From Lachnospiraceae bacterium (GTDB lineage: Bacteria > Bacillota > Clostridia > Lachnospirales > Lachnospiraceae): a stretch of 64,000 nt of DNA. The position numbers and the translations under genes were made by a program. The notes under the pieces are model-generated. The model made no database searches, was not told the DNA's origin, and saw nothing but the letters and a program-made list of their open reading frames with translations. Shown piece after piece: positions 1 through 10,130 of this stretch. How positions within the stretch are numbered: position 1 is the first letter of the stretch; each line of letters begins with the position of its first letter. The DNA lies in the NCBI GenBank assembly GCA_017446045.1, contig JAFSRP010000054.1, positions 30,852-94,851 on the forward strand, given 5' to 3'.

Positions 1-168
1 CGTCTCGGTCAGATATTTGGAGGCAAAATCACCGGCCTTATGGCCGCCCATCCCGTCCGCAAGAATAAAGAGGTTGGGAAAAACGCCCACGGGCCGTGTG
101 CTTTCAAAGATGTAGTCCTGATTTACTTTTCTCTTCCGACCAATGTCCGTCAGAGCCTGGGCCTGCAC
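1..168 (-). CDS. stp: PP2C-family Ser/Thr protein phosphatase (Stp/PrpC-like), first 56 codons only; the gene runs off the window start
   Basis: Reverse-strand translation from GTG at 168 gives VQAQALTDIGRKRKVNQDYIFESTRPVGVFPNLFILADGMGGHKAGDFASKYLTET. It contains the PP2C signature ADGMGGH. A GGAGG lies 7 nt upstream (176-180). Its position directly after rlmN matches the usual Firmicutes order. It is not in the supplied ORF track because it is truncated. Confidence 0.8.
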   Translation of the reverse strand, partial: MQAQALTDIGRKRKVNQDYIFESTRPVGVFPNLFILADGMGGHKAGDFASKYLTET

Positions 169-180
169 TTAAAAGCCTCC

Positions 181-1254
181 TCACGCCCGGATATATCTGC
201 GGCGAAGCTGTCCGCAGGCAGAGCTGATGTCCCTGCCCATTTCACGGCGGATCGTCGCATTGATGCCGTTCTGTATCAAAACCTGCTGAAAAGCCTCCAC
301 CGTTCGTCGGTCGGGGCTTTCATACTCTCTCTCTTCGATCGGGTTGACGGGGATCAGGTTCACATGGCACATGCCTTCCCGTCCGCCTTTACGGCGGTCC
401 GATCCACCGAAACCTTCCCGGTTCAGGAGGTCTGCCAAAGCAGCCGCGTTGTCCCGGGTGTCATTGACGCCTTTCACTACGGAATACTCAAAGCTGAGAC
501 GCCGTCCTGTACGCTCATAATAATACCGGCAGGCGGCAAGGACTTCCGGCAGATGCCATACCTTCGCAGCCGGCATGATCTCCTCCCGCTTTTCCTGGGT
601 GGGCGCGTGAAGGCTCAGCGCCAGGGTCACGGGCAGGCCTTCGCCGGCCAGCTGCCGGATCCTGTCCGGTATCCCGCAGGTACTGACCGTAATATTGCGC
701 GCCGAGATATGGAGCCCGCGTTCATCCGTGATCATACGGAGAAAGCGGCACACCTCGTCGTAATTGTCCATCGGCTCGCCGGATCCCATCAGGACGACAT
801 TGGAAACGCGCTCCCCGGTGTCCTCCCCGATGCGGTATACCTCAGCCAGCATCTCCGCCGCGCTTAAGTCGCGTACACATCCGTCCAGTGTGGAAGCGCA
901 GAAACGGCAGCCCATGCGGCAGCCCACCTGGGAACTGATGCATACGGAGTTTCCGTGCTTATAGCGCATCAGCACGGCTTCAATGGCGTTGCCGTCCGAA
1001 AGGGCGAAAACATACTTGCGTGTCCCGTCGATCCGGGAAACATAGATCTCTGCCGGCTCCATCACGGTGATCATGTATTCGGAATCCAGGCGCTCCCGCA
1101 GAGCTTTCGGGAGATTGCTCATACGGGAAAACTCCCTGACCCCGCAGCGATGCAGCCAGTCGTAGATCTGGGCCGCGCGGAACTTTGCTTCCCCCATCGC
1201 GGAAAGAGCCTGCTGCAGTTCCTCCATGTTCAGTTGGCAGATATCAGGCTTCAT
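181..1254 (-). CDS. rlmN: 23S rRNA/tRNA adenine-C2 methyltransferase RlmN (radical SAM)
   Basis: The CRMGCRFCAS CxxxCxxC radical-SAM motif is present, along with GEAKFRAAQIYDWL at the N-terminus and CHVNLIPVNP plus ACGQL at the C-terminus. I chose the start at ATG 1254 (MKPDICQLNMEEL), just after the rsmB stop. The ORF-track start at 1344 would overlap rsmB by 67 nt. Confidence 0.9.
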   Translation of the reverse strand: MKPDICQLNMEELQQALSAMGEAKFRAAQIYDWLHRCGVREFSRMSNLPKALRERLDSEYMITVMEPAEIYVSRIDGTRKYVFALSDGNAIEAVLMRYKHGNSVCISSQVGCRMGCRFCASTLDGCVRDLSAAEMLAEVYRIGEDTGERVSNVVLMGSGEPMDNYDEVCRFLRMITDERGLHISARNITVSTCGIPDRIRQLAGEGLPVTLALSLHAPTQEKREEIMPAAKVWHLPEVLAACRYYYERTGRRLSFEYSVVKGVNDTRDNAAALADLLNREGFGGSDRRKGGREGMCHVNLIPVNPIEEREYESPDRRTVEAFQQVLIQNGINATIRREMGRDISSACGQLRRRYIRA

Positions 1255-1277
1255 CAAAATGAATAAGCGCCAACGCG

Positions 1278-2690
1278 CTAGAATCTCTTTTCCAGCACGG
1301 CAATGTAAAAACCGTCGTGATCCTTGGAGGGGAGCAGCTTCCACTCGGACTTCAGGATGAATCCGAGACGGTCCGCCGCCCAGCGCGCATTCTGCTCGTT
1401 TTCTTCCTCTGTGATCGTACAGGTCGAGTATACGAGTCTGCCGCGGGGCTTTACAAAACGGCTGATATTGGACAGGATATCCCGCTGTAGCTGCTGCAGC
1501 TCCCGGATGCTGAAGGCCTCCAGATTAAGTTTGATATCGGGCTTCTTGGCGATCACACCGATGCCGGAACACGGCAGATCAGCGATCAGGACATCCGCCC
1601 GGTAAAAGCTGTCTTCATCCGCCTTAAGCGCGTCGCGGACCGAGGTACGTATATTCGTAAAACCGCAGCGCTGTACATTTTCATCCAGCAGCGCGACCTT
1701 CTGCGCCGAAACGTCACGGGCATCGACCACGCCGCGTCCGCCAAGGAGCATCAGCCGGTCAGCCAGCGCAAGAGCCTTGCCGCCGGGTGCCGCGCAGACA
1801 TCGATGATATAATCATCCGCGCCCGGTGCCGCGCAGGCAGCCACCATGGCGGATGCGGGATCCTGCACCGTGACCCACCCTTTATGAAAGCTCTCCGTCC
1901 GGGTGATATCGCCGCTCTCTTTCGCTTCATATACGACCGGCAGCATGCCTTCCGGAACGGACTGCCCGGCCTTTGCGAGAAGTGATGGATAATCCAGCCT
2001 GCTTAAGACGATCCCGTCCTTTCGGAGACTGTCCGCGATCAGGCGTTCAGCCTCTTCGGGATCAGCCGCGCCCGTCCGTGAAAGATTGAAGCGAAGTGTT
2101 TCCGGTCTTTCCTGGAGAAATGCCTCAAAGATCTCCGCAGCCCTGTCCGCGCCGTATTGGTCTTCGACCATGCGGCAAAGCCATTTGGGCACGGAATACC
2201 GCTGCCAGTTCTCCTCGAAGACTGTCACTTTCGCGCTGTTGGCGTCGATCTCCCGGGCAACCGCGCGCATCACGCCGTTGACAAGTCCGCCAAGGCCATC
2301 CAGTCCGTGAAGCTTCGTCAGCACTACCGCTTCATTGCATGCCGCGCTGGCAGGCACACGGTCCATATACATAAGCTGGTAGACACCGGTCCGCAGGATA
2401 CCGCGGATCACCGGTTTCAGAAGCCGGAGCGGGCGCCGCAAAAAGCGTCCCAGTACGGTGTCGATGGTGATGAGCCGGTCCAGCGTCCCGATGACCAGGC
2501 GCTCCGTGAACGCCCTGTCACGGCTGTCCGGCACCACTCCCAGGCGCTTTGATTCCTCGAACTTTTCCTTCAGGATGGTATGTGACTTGCGGTCATTTTC
2601 CGTGATCTCCAAAAAGATGCAGAGCGCGATGTCCCGCATGTTCTGCCAGTCACGGATCGGATATTCGGTTTTTGAAGATCGGATCGTCAT
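1278..2690 (-). CDS. rsmB: 16S rRNA m5C967 methyltransferase RsmB/Sun (NusB-like N-domain plus SAM methyltransferase)
   Basis: Motifs DVCAAPGGK (SAM binding), DLPCSGIG and YSTCT (catalytic cysteines). Sits in the fmt-rsmB-rlmN neighbourhood. The start codon is uncertain; an alternative ATG lies at 2639. Confidence 0.85.
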   Translation of the reverse strand: MTIRSSKTEYPIRDWQNMRDIALCIFLEITENDRKSHTILKEKFEESKRLGVVPDSRDRAFTERLVIGTLDRLITIDTVLGRFLRRPLRLLKPVIRGILRTGVYQLMYMDRVPASAACNEAVVLTKLHGLDGLGGLVNGVMRAVAREIDANSAKVTVFEENWQRYSVPKWLCRMVEDQYGADRAAEIFEAFLQERPETLRFNLSRTGAADPEEAERLIADSLRKDGIVLSRLDYPSLLAKAGQSVPEGMLPVVYEAKESGDITRTESFHKGWVTVQDPASAMVAACAAPGADDYIIDVCAAPGGKALALADRLMLLGGRGVVDARDVSAQKVALLDENVQRCGFTNIRTSVRDALKADEDSFYRADVLIADLPCSGIGVIAKKPDIKLNLEAFSIRELQQLQRDILSNISRFVKPRGRLVYSTCTITEEENEQNARWAADRLGFILKSEWKLLPSKDHDGFYIAVLEKRF

Positions 2691-2729
2691 GGGAGCGTTC
2701 CTGTAAACCCGGGGAATATATCAGTTGTT

Positions 2730-3416
2730 TCAGCGTCTCCGTCCGCGTGAGAGAACGAGAAGCCGAAGGAGAGACAGGACAGACGATGCCGCTGCCGCAA
2801 CATAGGTCATACCGGCTGCACGCAGGACCTTGCGGGCGCCGACCAGTTCCTCTCCGACGAGGATGCGGTTATCTTCCAGGATCCGCAGCGCGCGGTTGGA
2901 CGCGTCGAACTCGATCGGAAGGAGAAGCAGCGTGAAGAATACGCCAAGGGAGAACAGGATGATCCCCACATTCTGCAAATGCACCCAGCCGAACATCAGG
3001 CCCAGTATGGCGATATATATGCCGATCTGGGAGCTCCTCGCGCAGACGGGAGCCAGATAGCGCTGCAGTGCCAGTGGGGCGTACTCCGTGGCATCCTGGA
3101 TCGCGTGTCCGCACTCGTGTGCCGCGATGCCGATGATTGCGATGCTGTTTGAGTTGTAGTTAGGCGCCAGAAGGCAGAGCTCCTTTGTCTGGGGATTGTA
3201 ATAATCCGAGGCGCCCTGGTTGATCGGTTTGACAGTCACGTCAAAAATACCATACTGCTGCAGGATCCTCCTGGCAGCATCCGAAGCGGTCATACCGGAC
3301 TGTGTTCCGATCTGGCGATATTTGCTGATGGCGCTGTTGACATTGGCCGATGCCCACACGGAAAAGACCATGCCGATCAGGACCAGGATGTAGGTCACGT
3401 CGTAATAATAGAACAT
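2730..3416 (-). CDS. membrane zinc metallopeptidase, YugP-like (Zn_peptidase_2 family)
   Basis: HECGHAIQ HExxH motif, with hydrophobic N- and C-terminal segments. About 228 aa, which is typical for the family. Confidence 0.75.
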   Translation of the reverse strand: MFYYYDVTYILVLIGMVFSVWASANVNSAISKYRQIGTQSGMTASDAARRILQQYGIFDVTVKPINQGASDYYNPQTKELCLLAPNYNSNSIAIIGIAAHECGHAIQDATEYAPLALQRYLAPVCARSSQIGIYIAILGLMFGWVHLQNVGIILFSLGVFFTLLLLPIEFDASNRALRILEDNRILVGEELVGARKVLRAAGMTYVAAAASSVLSLLRLLVLSRGRRR

Positions 3417-3465
3417 AGGACACCATACCTCCTTTATCTGCTGCTCTGTTCAATAAACTGTCGTG

Positions 3466-4413
3466 CTATAGAAAGCTTGCCGGATGGTATCCCCGCAGGT
3501 AATCCGCGGCTGCCATCCGCTTCTTTCCTTCCGGCTGGACTTCCAAAAGTTCCAGCATGCCGCTGCCGCACCGGACGACGAGCCTGCCGTCCATGGTGAT
3601 CACAGTGCCGGGCGCCTGCTGTGAGGCTGTGCCTGCCGGCCAGGCACCTGCTTCCTCCGGCGTGACCAACCGCGCGCGATGGATCTTGAGAAGCCTGCTC
3701 TCCGCATGGGTGTACGTGCCGGGCCATGGGCTGAGGCCCCGGATCAGGCGCTCGATCCGCGCGGCATCATCCTGCCACCTGACCGCGCCCATTTCCTTTG
3801 TCAGCATCTTCGCGTAGGTCATGCCCTCCGAAGGCTGGGGGGTGCGGGTCAGTCTGCCCTCTTCCAGCGCTGCCAGCGTCTGTACGATCAGCTTGCCGCC
3901 AAGTACGGAAAGCTTGTCAAACAGGGATCCGCCGGTCTCTTCGGCGGAAGGCGAGATGCGTGCCGTCATAAGGATATCACCTGTATCCAGGCCTTCATCC
4001 ATCAACATCGTCGTGACGCCGGCCTCAGCATCGCCCTCGATGACCGTCCACTGGATCGGCGCCGCTCCCCTCCATCTGGGAAGCAGCGACGCATGGACAT
4101 TGATGCATCCGTACGGCGGAAGCTCCAGGAGCTCCCGCTTCAGAAGCCGCCCGTACGCGGTGACCACGATCACTTCGGGGCCAAGCTTCCTCAGCTCTTC
4201 CAGAAAAGCCGGATCATTAGGCCGCTCCGGCTGCAGTACCGGGATCCCCAGCTCTGCCGCCCGCTGCTTTACCGGCGTAGGCTGCAGCTCGCTGTGCCTG
4301 CCTTTCGGCTTGTCGGGCTGGCTGACTGCCGCCAGGATCTCATGACCCGCATCATGCAGCGCATCCAGCGTACCCACCGCAAAATCGGGGGTCCCCATAA
4401 AAATGATCTTCAA
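3466..4413 (-). CDS. fmt: methionyl-tRNA formyltransferase
   Basis: MKIIFMGTPDFA N-terminus, the HASLLPRWRGAAPIQ motif, and position adjacent to def. Confidence 0.93.
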   Translation of the reverse strand: MKIIFMGTPDFAVGTLDALHDAGHEILAAVSQPDKPKGRHSELQPTPVKQRAAELGIPVLQPERPNDPAFLEELRKLGPEVIVVTAYGRLLKRELLELPPYGCINVHASLLPRWRGAAPIQWTVIEGDAEAGVTTMLMDEGLDTGDILMTARISPSAEETGGSLFDKLSVLGGKLIVQTLAALEEGRLTRTPQPSEGMTYAKMLTKEMGAVRWQDDAARIERLIRGLSPWPGTYTHAESRLLKIHRARLVTPEEAGAWPAGTASQQAPGTVITMDGRLVVRCGSGMLELLEVQPEGKKRMAAADYLRGYHPASFL

Positions 4414-4469
4414 GCTGTATCATCTCCGTTCATTCGCATTCAAACAGCCGGACGGCGATCCGTCCGTGC

Positions 4470-4961
4470 TTATTCCTCTGCTGCCTCTTCGTCTGCTGCC
4501 GGCTGCTCCAGCTCCCCGATGACCTTATCGATATAGAGCACACCGTGCAGGTGATCCGTCTCATGCTGGATGCAGCGGGCCAGGAGCCCGTCTGCCGTCA
4601 GCTCGAATTCTTTCATCTCGGGGTCCAGCGCACGGACCTTCACCTGTTCCGCGCGAGAGACCTGTCCCTGGTAGCCCGGGACGCTCAGGCACCCCTCGTA
4701 GTCGGTGCACTCGCCGTTCATCTCCAGGATCTCCGGATTGATGAGTACGAGCGGCTCCGGCTCCTCCATCCCCACATCGATCACGACGATCTGCTTCAGG
4801 ATCCCGACCTGCGGCGCAGCCAGTCCGACGCCCTGTGCTTCATACATGGTGTCGAACATATCATCGATCAGCTGCCGTGTCCGGTCGTTCATCTCTTTCA
4901 GCGGCCTGCACTCCTTGCGCAGGACCGGATCGCCTTCTTTTCTGACTTCTCTGAGTGCCAT
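4470..4961 (-). CDS. def: peptide deformylase
   Basis: The three deformylase motifs are present: GVGLAAPQ, EGCLS and HETDH. Confidence 0.95.
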   Translation of the reverse strand: MALREVRKEGDPVLRKECRPLKEMNDRTRQLIDDMFDTMYEAQGVGLAAPQVGILKQIVVIDVGMEEPEPLVLINPEILEMNGECTDYEGCLSVPGYQGQVSRAEQVKVRALDPEMKEFELTADGLLARCIQHETDHLHGVLYIDKVIGELEQPAADEEAAEE

Positions 4962-4969
4962 CTGTCCTC

Positions 4970-7012
4970 CTACCTGATATCAAAAGCCGTCCAGACCTTT
5001 CTGCCTCCAAAACGCGCAGATAAGGCCTCTTCCAGCGTTCCGCGTATCTTTTTTATTATATCATGCGAACTATGTTTTATATATAAAATCTTTCTGTAAT
5101 TGTCATTAATTTTGTATACGCTCTCGTTGCAGGGGCCGATCAGAATAGCGCCTGCAGGGCCGAATTCCCGGACACAGATCTCAGCTGCCAGCTCTGCCGC
5201 TTCTGCCGTCATCCCCTCGTCCTCCGAGCGGATCCTCACCTGCATCATGTAAATATCCGGCGGGTAATGCAGGAGCCTGCGGAAACTCATCTCCCGCTCG
5301 TAAAAACGTTCATAATCCTGCTGCGCCGCCAGTCCGACCGCATAATGAGACGGATCATAGCTTTGGATCACCACATCTCCCGCCCGGCTTCCCCTGCCGC
5401 TGCGTCCCGCCGCCTGGGTGATCAGCTGGAAGGTGCGTTCCGAGGCATCGTATTCCGAAGTATTGAGCGACAGGTCGGCCGCTACGATCCCTACCAGGGT
5501 CACTTTCGGAAAGTCATGCCCCTTCACGATCATCTGCGTACCGATCAGGATGTCCGCCTCTCCTTTCTGAAAGGAGGACAGGATCTGCTCGTAAGATCCC
5601 TTGGCTGTCGTGGAGTCCGCATCCATGCGCAGGATCTTCGCGGCAGGGAACATTTTCCGAGCCGCCTGCTCCAGTTTCTGCGTGCCTGTACCAAACGGCG
5701 CGATATAGGGGCTCCCGCACTGCGGGCAGCTCGACGGCATCGGCTGTGTGTGCCCGCAGTAATGGCACGACAGCAGCGCCGCCCGGCGCTCCCCGGTGTA
5801 AGGGTCGATATACCAATTGTTGTGCGCGGTCATGGAAACATCGCAGTGAGGGCATTTGATGACCGTACCGCAACTCCGGCAGGAAACGAAACCGGCGTAA
5901 CCGCGGCGGTTCAGGAACAGCATGACCTGTTCCTTCCGCTCCAGCCTGTCGGAGATCATGTCCTGCAGCATCCCCGAAAAGATGCTCCGGTTTCCGCGCT
6001 CCATTTCCCTTCGCATGTCCGTGATATGGATCGAAGGAAGCAGCGCGCCCGGATGGGCTCTTGATTTCATGACCTGCAGATCATACTCCCCATTCAGCGC
6101 TTTGGTATAACTCTCCAGGGACGGGGTCGCGGAGCCAAGGACCAGACAGGCGCCTGTCATGGCAGCCCGCTGCGCCGCCACCGTCCTGGTGTCATAGCGC
6201 GGGGAAGTGTCCGACTGATAGGTCCGCTCATGCTCCTCGTCGATCACGATGAGACCAAGCTTCGTAAAAGGCGTAAATAAAGCCGAACGGGGACCCACCA
6301 TCACGTCGATCTCCCCGTCAGCCGCCTTGCGGTATTGTTCGTATTTTTCACCCTGGCTGAGGCGGGAATGCATGACCGCTACCCGCTGTCCCAGGTGTTT
6401 CGTCAATTCACGGACCGTCTGGTATGTCAGGGAGATCTCGGGGATCAGGACGATCGTCTGCTTCCCCGCTGCCTGCATGTGCCGGATCAGTTCGATATAG
6501 ACACGGGTCTTGCCGCTTCCGGTGATCCCGTAGAGAAGTACCGGCCTTCCGCTGTTCCTGAGGATCGAAGCGCACACGGAAGCCTGCTCGGGGTTGAGCG
6601 CTTCGTCCTGCACCGCCTCCGCACCGCTCAGGTCTTCGATCCTTCGCACCGGGTCCTTCCGCCGCCGGTTCTTTCCGATGATCTTTTTTACGGGAAGGAC
6701 GGTCTGCAGCGCCTGATTCATCGTACAGCCGTATTCGGACGCCATGAACGCCGCCAGTTCGATCAGCTCGCTTCCGGTGTTCAGCGCCTTCGGCAGCAGG
6801 GAAGCGACAGGCTTGATCCTTTCCTCCGGAAAATCCACGTGATCCGTGATATCGATCACAAACCCGATGCGGTTCCTGTCCGCATTGCCAAAAGGCACCC
6901 GCACCCGCACGCCCGGAACGATCCTGTCTTCAAGATCTTCCGGAATGCGGTATGTGAATGCTCTGTCCACCTGTTCGGCTGATATGTCGATGATGACTCT
7001 GGCGTATCTCAT
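4970..7012 (-). CDS. priA: primosomal protein N' (replication restart helicase PriA)
   Basis: Walker A GITGSGKT, DEEH box (VIDEEHE), and a Cys-rich zinc-binding insert CRSCG...CPHC...CHYCG...CPQCG. Confidence 0.92.
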   Translation of the reverse strand: MRYARVIIDISAEQVDRAFTYRIPEDLEDRIVPGVRVRVPFGNADRNRIGFVIDITDHVDFPEERIKPVASLLPKALNTGSELIELAAFMASEYGCTMNQALQTVLPVKKIIGKNRRRKDPVRRIEDLSGAEAVQDEALNPEQASVCASILRNSGRPVLLYGITGSGKTRVYIELIRHMQAAGKQTIVLIPEISLTYQTVRELTKHLGQRVAVMHSRLSQGEKYEQYRKAADGEIDVMVGPRSALFTPFTKLGLIVIDEEHERTYQSDTSPRYDTRTVAAQRAAMTGACLVLGSATPSLESYTKALNGEYDLQVMKSRAHPGALLPSIHITDMRREMERGNRSIFSGMLQDMISDRLERKEQVMLFLNRRGYAGFVSCRSCGTVIKCPHCDVSMTAHNNWYIDPYTGERRAALLSCHYCGHTQPMPSSCPQCGSPYIAPFGTGTQKLEQAARKMFPAAKILRMDADSTTAKGSYEQILSSFQKGEADILIGTQMIVKGHDFPKVTLVGIVAADLSLNTSEYDASERTFQLITQAAGRSGRGSRAGDVVIQSYDPSHYAVGLAAQQDYERFYEREMSFRRLLHYPPDIYMMQVRIRSEDEGMTAEAAELAAEICVREFGPAGAILIGPCNESVYKINDNYRKILYIKHSSHDIIKKIRGTLEEALSARFGGRKVWTAFDIR

Positions 7013-7014
7013 CC

Positions 7015-8502
7015 TTACGTTATCAGGTCCTCTGCCACTGCAGAAAGCTTCATGGAATTCGATCCTTTAAAAAGTACGGCGTCGCCTGCCTTCAGATGCT
7101 GCCGGAGATCCTCCTGCAGGGCACCGCGGTCAGTATAATGTCTGATAAGGCAGGTCTTTTCCCCCGGATCCGCAGCATTTTCGATCCCTTCCCCGATATG
7201 ACGGGCAAGATTTCCGTACAGCCAGACTTCATCCAAGTGCCTCAGCTCCCGCGCGATGGTCTCGCCGACTTCCCTGTGATAGCGTGCCTCTTCCGGCCCA
7301 AGCTCCAGCATGTCCGCAAGCACCGCAATGTGCCGGCCGGACGCCGGCATCGCGTCAAGTACTCTGAGACCGGCAGTCATGGACTGCGGCGCCGCGTTGT
7401 ATGCATCATTGATCACTTTGATGCCATTTTTCTCTGTGATCCGGCCGCGGCCGCTCAGGCTTTCAAATCCCTGCAGACCCCGTATTGCCGACCGCGGATC
7501 TACACCGTTCAGCACAGCCGCGGCAAAAGCTGCCAGTGAATTCAGCACCATATGCATTCCCGGCACCGAAAGCCGCATCAGATAAACAGCATTTCCTCCG
7601 TCCGTAGTATCCGAATCAGCATCTTTGCCGTCTGTCCCGGGACTAAGCAGGTCCCCGGCGACCACGAGGTCGAATACCGGACAGCCATCCTCCTCACGGA
7701 TATTTTCCGCCCGGATGGCAGCATTTTCACCGGTCCCGTAAAAGAGAATACGGATATTCCGGTCACAGGCGATGCCCCAGCCGTGAAGGCGGTCCGGGGT
7801 GATCTCCCGCAGCAGAGGATCGTCCCCGTTCAGGAGCAGTATGCCGCCGTCCTTCATGCCGTCGAGGATATGAAGCTTTTCCTTCATGATATTTTCCTGG
7901 CTTCCCAGGTTGGCGATGTGGCTGATGCCGATCACTGTCACGACCGCCATATCGCACTGCACGACACGGGAGATACGGTGCATTTCCCCAAATTCGGAAA
8001 TGCCCATCTCGATCACGCCGATCTTTGCGTCCGGATCCGTCTCTGTCACGGTAATGGGAACGCCGCTCTGGGAGTTGGCATTACCTTTGGTACTGTATGT
8101 CCTTAAGCCTTCCGAAAGGGCAGCGGCGATCATTTCACGTGTGGTAGTCTTGCCAACGGATCCGGTCACGCCAATGTAGGGAATGCGGACATACCGGCTG
8201 CGATAATACGCGCCGAGATCCTGCAGTGCCTGCATGGTATCTTCCACGCCGATCACCGGCCATCCTGACGCTGCAGCCTGCTCCGGCAGGCCTTCCGATG
8301 AGAGCGTCGCCGCCGCGCCATGGGCAAAAGCGTCTCCGATAAAGCGGTGCGCGTCCACCCTTGCGCCGATGATGGGGACGAAAAGATCCGCGCCCTTCAT
8401 GGTGCCGGACGCGGTGGATATATTTTCGATCATGGTATCCGCACTGCCGCAAAGAAGCTTTCCTTTTACGGCAGCTGCGATCTCCGCTGCTGTTAAACGC
8501 AT
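7015..8502 (-). CDS. murF: UDP-N-acetylmuramoyl-tripeptide--D-alanyl-D-alanine ligase
   Basis: Mur ligase P-loop GVTGSVGKTTT, the NDAYNA motif, and position downstream of murE. Confidence 0.9.
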   Translation of the reverse strand: MRLTAAEIAAAVKGKLLCGSADTMIENISTASGTMKGADLFVPIIGARVDAHRFIGDAFAHGAAATLSSEGLPEQAAASGWPVIGVEDTMQALQDLGAYYRSRYVRIPYIGVTGSVGKTTTREMIAAALSEGLRTYSTKGNANSQSGVPITVTETDPDAKIGVIEMGISEFGEMHRISRVVQCDMAVVTVIGISHIANLGSQENIMKEKLHILDGMKDGGILLLNGDDPLLREITPDRLHGWGIACDRNIRILFYGTGENAAIRAENIREEDGCPVFDLVVAGDLLSPGTDGKDADSDTTDGGNAVYLMRLSVPGMHMVLNSLAAFAAAVLNGVDPRSAIRGLQGFESLSGRGRITEKNGIKVINDAYNAAPQSMTAGLRVLDAMPASGRHIAVLADMLELGPEEARYHREVGETIARELRHLDEVWLYGNLARHIGEGIENAADPGEKTCLIRHYTDRGALQEDLRQHLKAGDAVLFKGSNSMKLSAVAEDLIT

Positions 8503-8529
8503 CTTATTCCTCCGTCACTGATCCCATGT

Positions 8530-10092
8530 TCAGCTCTTTCCGAGCTCTCCTGCGGCTTTCAGGATCTCTTCCCTGTCCAGGAAATGCTTCCGGACCCCGT
8601 TTTCTTCCTGATAGTCCTCATGCCCTTTTCCGATGACCGCGATCATGTCGCCGTCCTCAGCATGCTCCATTGCCCAACGGATCGCTTCCCGACGGTCCGG
8701 GATCTTCGTATAGCCGTCCGTACGTCCCCCGGCCTTAAGATATGCTTCTTCGATATCCGCGATGATATCTTCGGTCTTCTCAAAGCGGGAATTGTCTGCG
8801 GTAAAGATACAATAATCCGCAGCATGGGCCGCTGCCGCGCCCATGCCCACGCGGCGGTCCCTGGAACGGTTTCCTCCGCAGCCAAACACCACCACCAGGC
8901 GTCCCCGTCTGTAGCTTTGCAGGGTATCCAGGAGACTGATCATGCTGACTTCGTTGTGGGCATAATCTACAATGACCGTAAAACGGTCGGACTTATAAAC
9001 GACCTCCATGCGGCCGTCCACATGGATATGCGTAAGAGCCTGCTTCACTTTGTCGCGCGGCAGCTGCATATCGGCAGCAAGTGCGAGTACGGAAAGCGCG
9101 TTGCTCACATTGAAGATGCCGGGAATGGACAGCCGGAAACTGTCCGTCAGGATCCCCGCTGTCTTAAAAGAAGTTCCCGCAAAGCCTGCATTGACTTCAT
9201 AGACCAGATCGAAGGCTCTGAGGTCGGCCGCCGGATCCCGGAGGGAAAAAGTGAGGCACTTTTCCCACGGCGCTGCTTCACTATGGTCTGCAGCAGCAGG
9301 CGCAAAGGGACCGCTGCCGTCCCCGGCAATGGCGGCCTTTTCCAGTATCTCTGCTGTATGCGGGTCGTCCGCATTGACGATCACGGTCTTTGACTGGTTC
9401 AGAAGCCTGGATTTGCACCACAGGTATTCCGCAAAATCAGCATGTTCCAGCGGGCCGATATGGTCCGGACTCAGGTTCAGGAACAGGCCGTAGTCAAACG
9501 CGATCCCCTTGGTGCGTTCCATTTTGAACCCCTGGGACGAACACTCCATCACAACAGTATCACAGCCTGCTTCTAGCATCTCTGAAAAGCGCTCATTGAG
9601 CTCGTAACTGTCCGGCGTCGTGTTTTTTGTCTCATAATGCTTCCCGCGTATCACACAGCCGTTGGTGCCGATCACGCCCACCGCGTGTCCGCATTCTTCC
9701 AGAACTGTCCGGATCATGTAAGACGTAGAGGTCTTGCCTTTGGTCCCGGTAAGCCCGATCATCGTCATCTTTCGTGAAGGATGTCCGAAGCGGGCAGAGG
9801 AGAGAACGCTCAGAGCGCTCCTCGCATTCTGCACACGGATGATGCTGAGACCGTCTAAATCAGCTAAAGAGAGCTCATTGAGCTCTCTTTCCACCACAAA
9901 TGTCCGGCATCCTTTTTGGATCGTGTCAGCAATAAAATCATGGGAATCGGTCCGGCTGCCTTTCATGCAGAGAAACACTGTATCCGGGCCGGCTTTGCGG
10001 GAATCAAAGATCACATCCCGTACCTCTGCCTCATCTGTGCCCGCCAGCACCGTGTAGTCAATGCCCTGCAGCCAATCCTTTAATAAACCCAT
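8530..10092 (-). CDS. murE: UDP-N-acetylmuramoyl-L-alanyl-D-glutamate--2,6-diaminopimelate (or L-lysine) ligase
   Basis: Mur ligase P-loop GLTGTKGKTST, plus VDYAHN and GKGHE motifs. Amino-acid specificity was not determined. Confidence 0.88.
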   Translation of the reverse strand: MGLLKDWLQGIDYTVLAGTDEAEVRDVIFDSRKAGPDTVFLCMKGSRTDSHDFIADTIQKGCRTFVVERELNELSLADLDGLSIIRVQNARSALSVLSSARFGHPSRKMTMIGLTGTKGKTSTSYMIRTVLEECGHAVGVIGTNGCVIRGKHYETKNTTPDSYELNERFSEMLEAGCDTVVMECSSQGFKMERTKGIAFDYGLFLNLSPDHIGPLEHADFAEYLWCKSRLLNQSKTVIVNADDPHTAEILEKAAIAGDGSGPFAPAAADHSEAAPWEKCLTFSLRDPAADLRAFDLVYEVNAGFAGTSFKTAGILTDSFRLSIPGIFNVSNALSVLALAADMQLPRDKVKQALTHIHVDGRMEVVYKSDRFTVIVDYAHNEVSMISLLDTLQSYRRGRLVVVFGCGGNRSRDRRVGMGAAAAHAADYCIFTADNSRFEKTEDIIADIEEAYLKAGGRTDGYTKIPDRREAIRWAMEHAEDGDMIAVIGKGHEDYQEENGVRKHFLDREEILKAAGELGKS

Positions 10093-10130
10093 ACGACCTC
10101 CTCATATTAGACGTTTTACAGACCGCACCG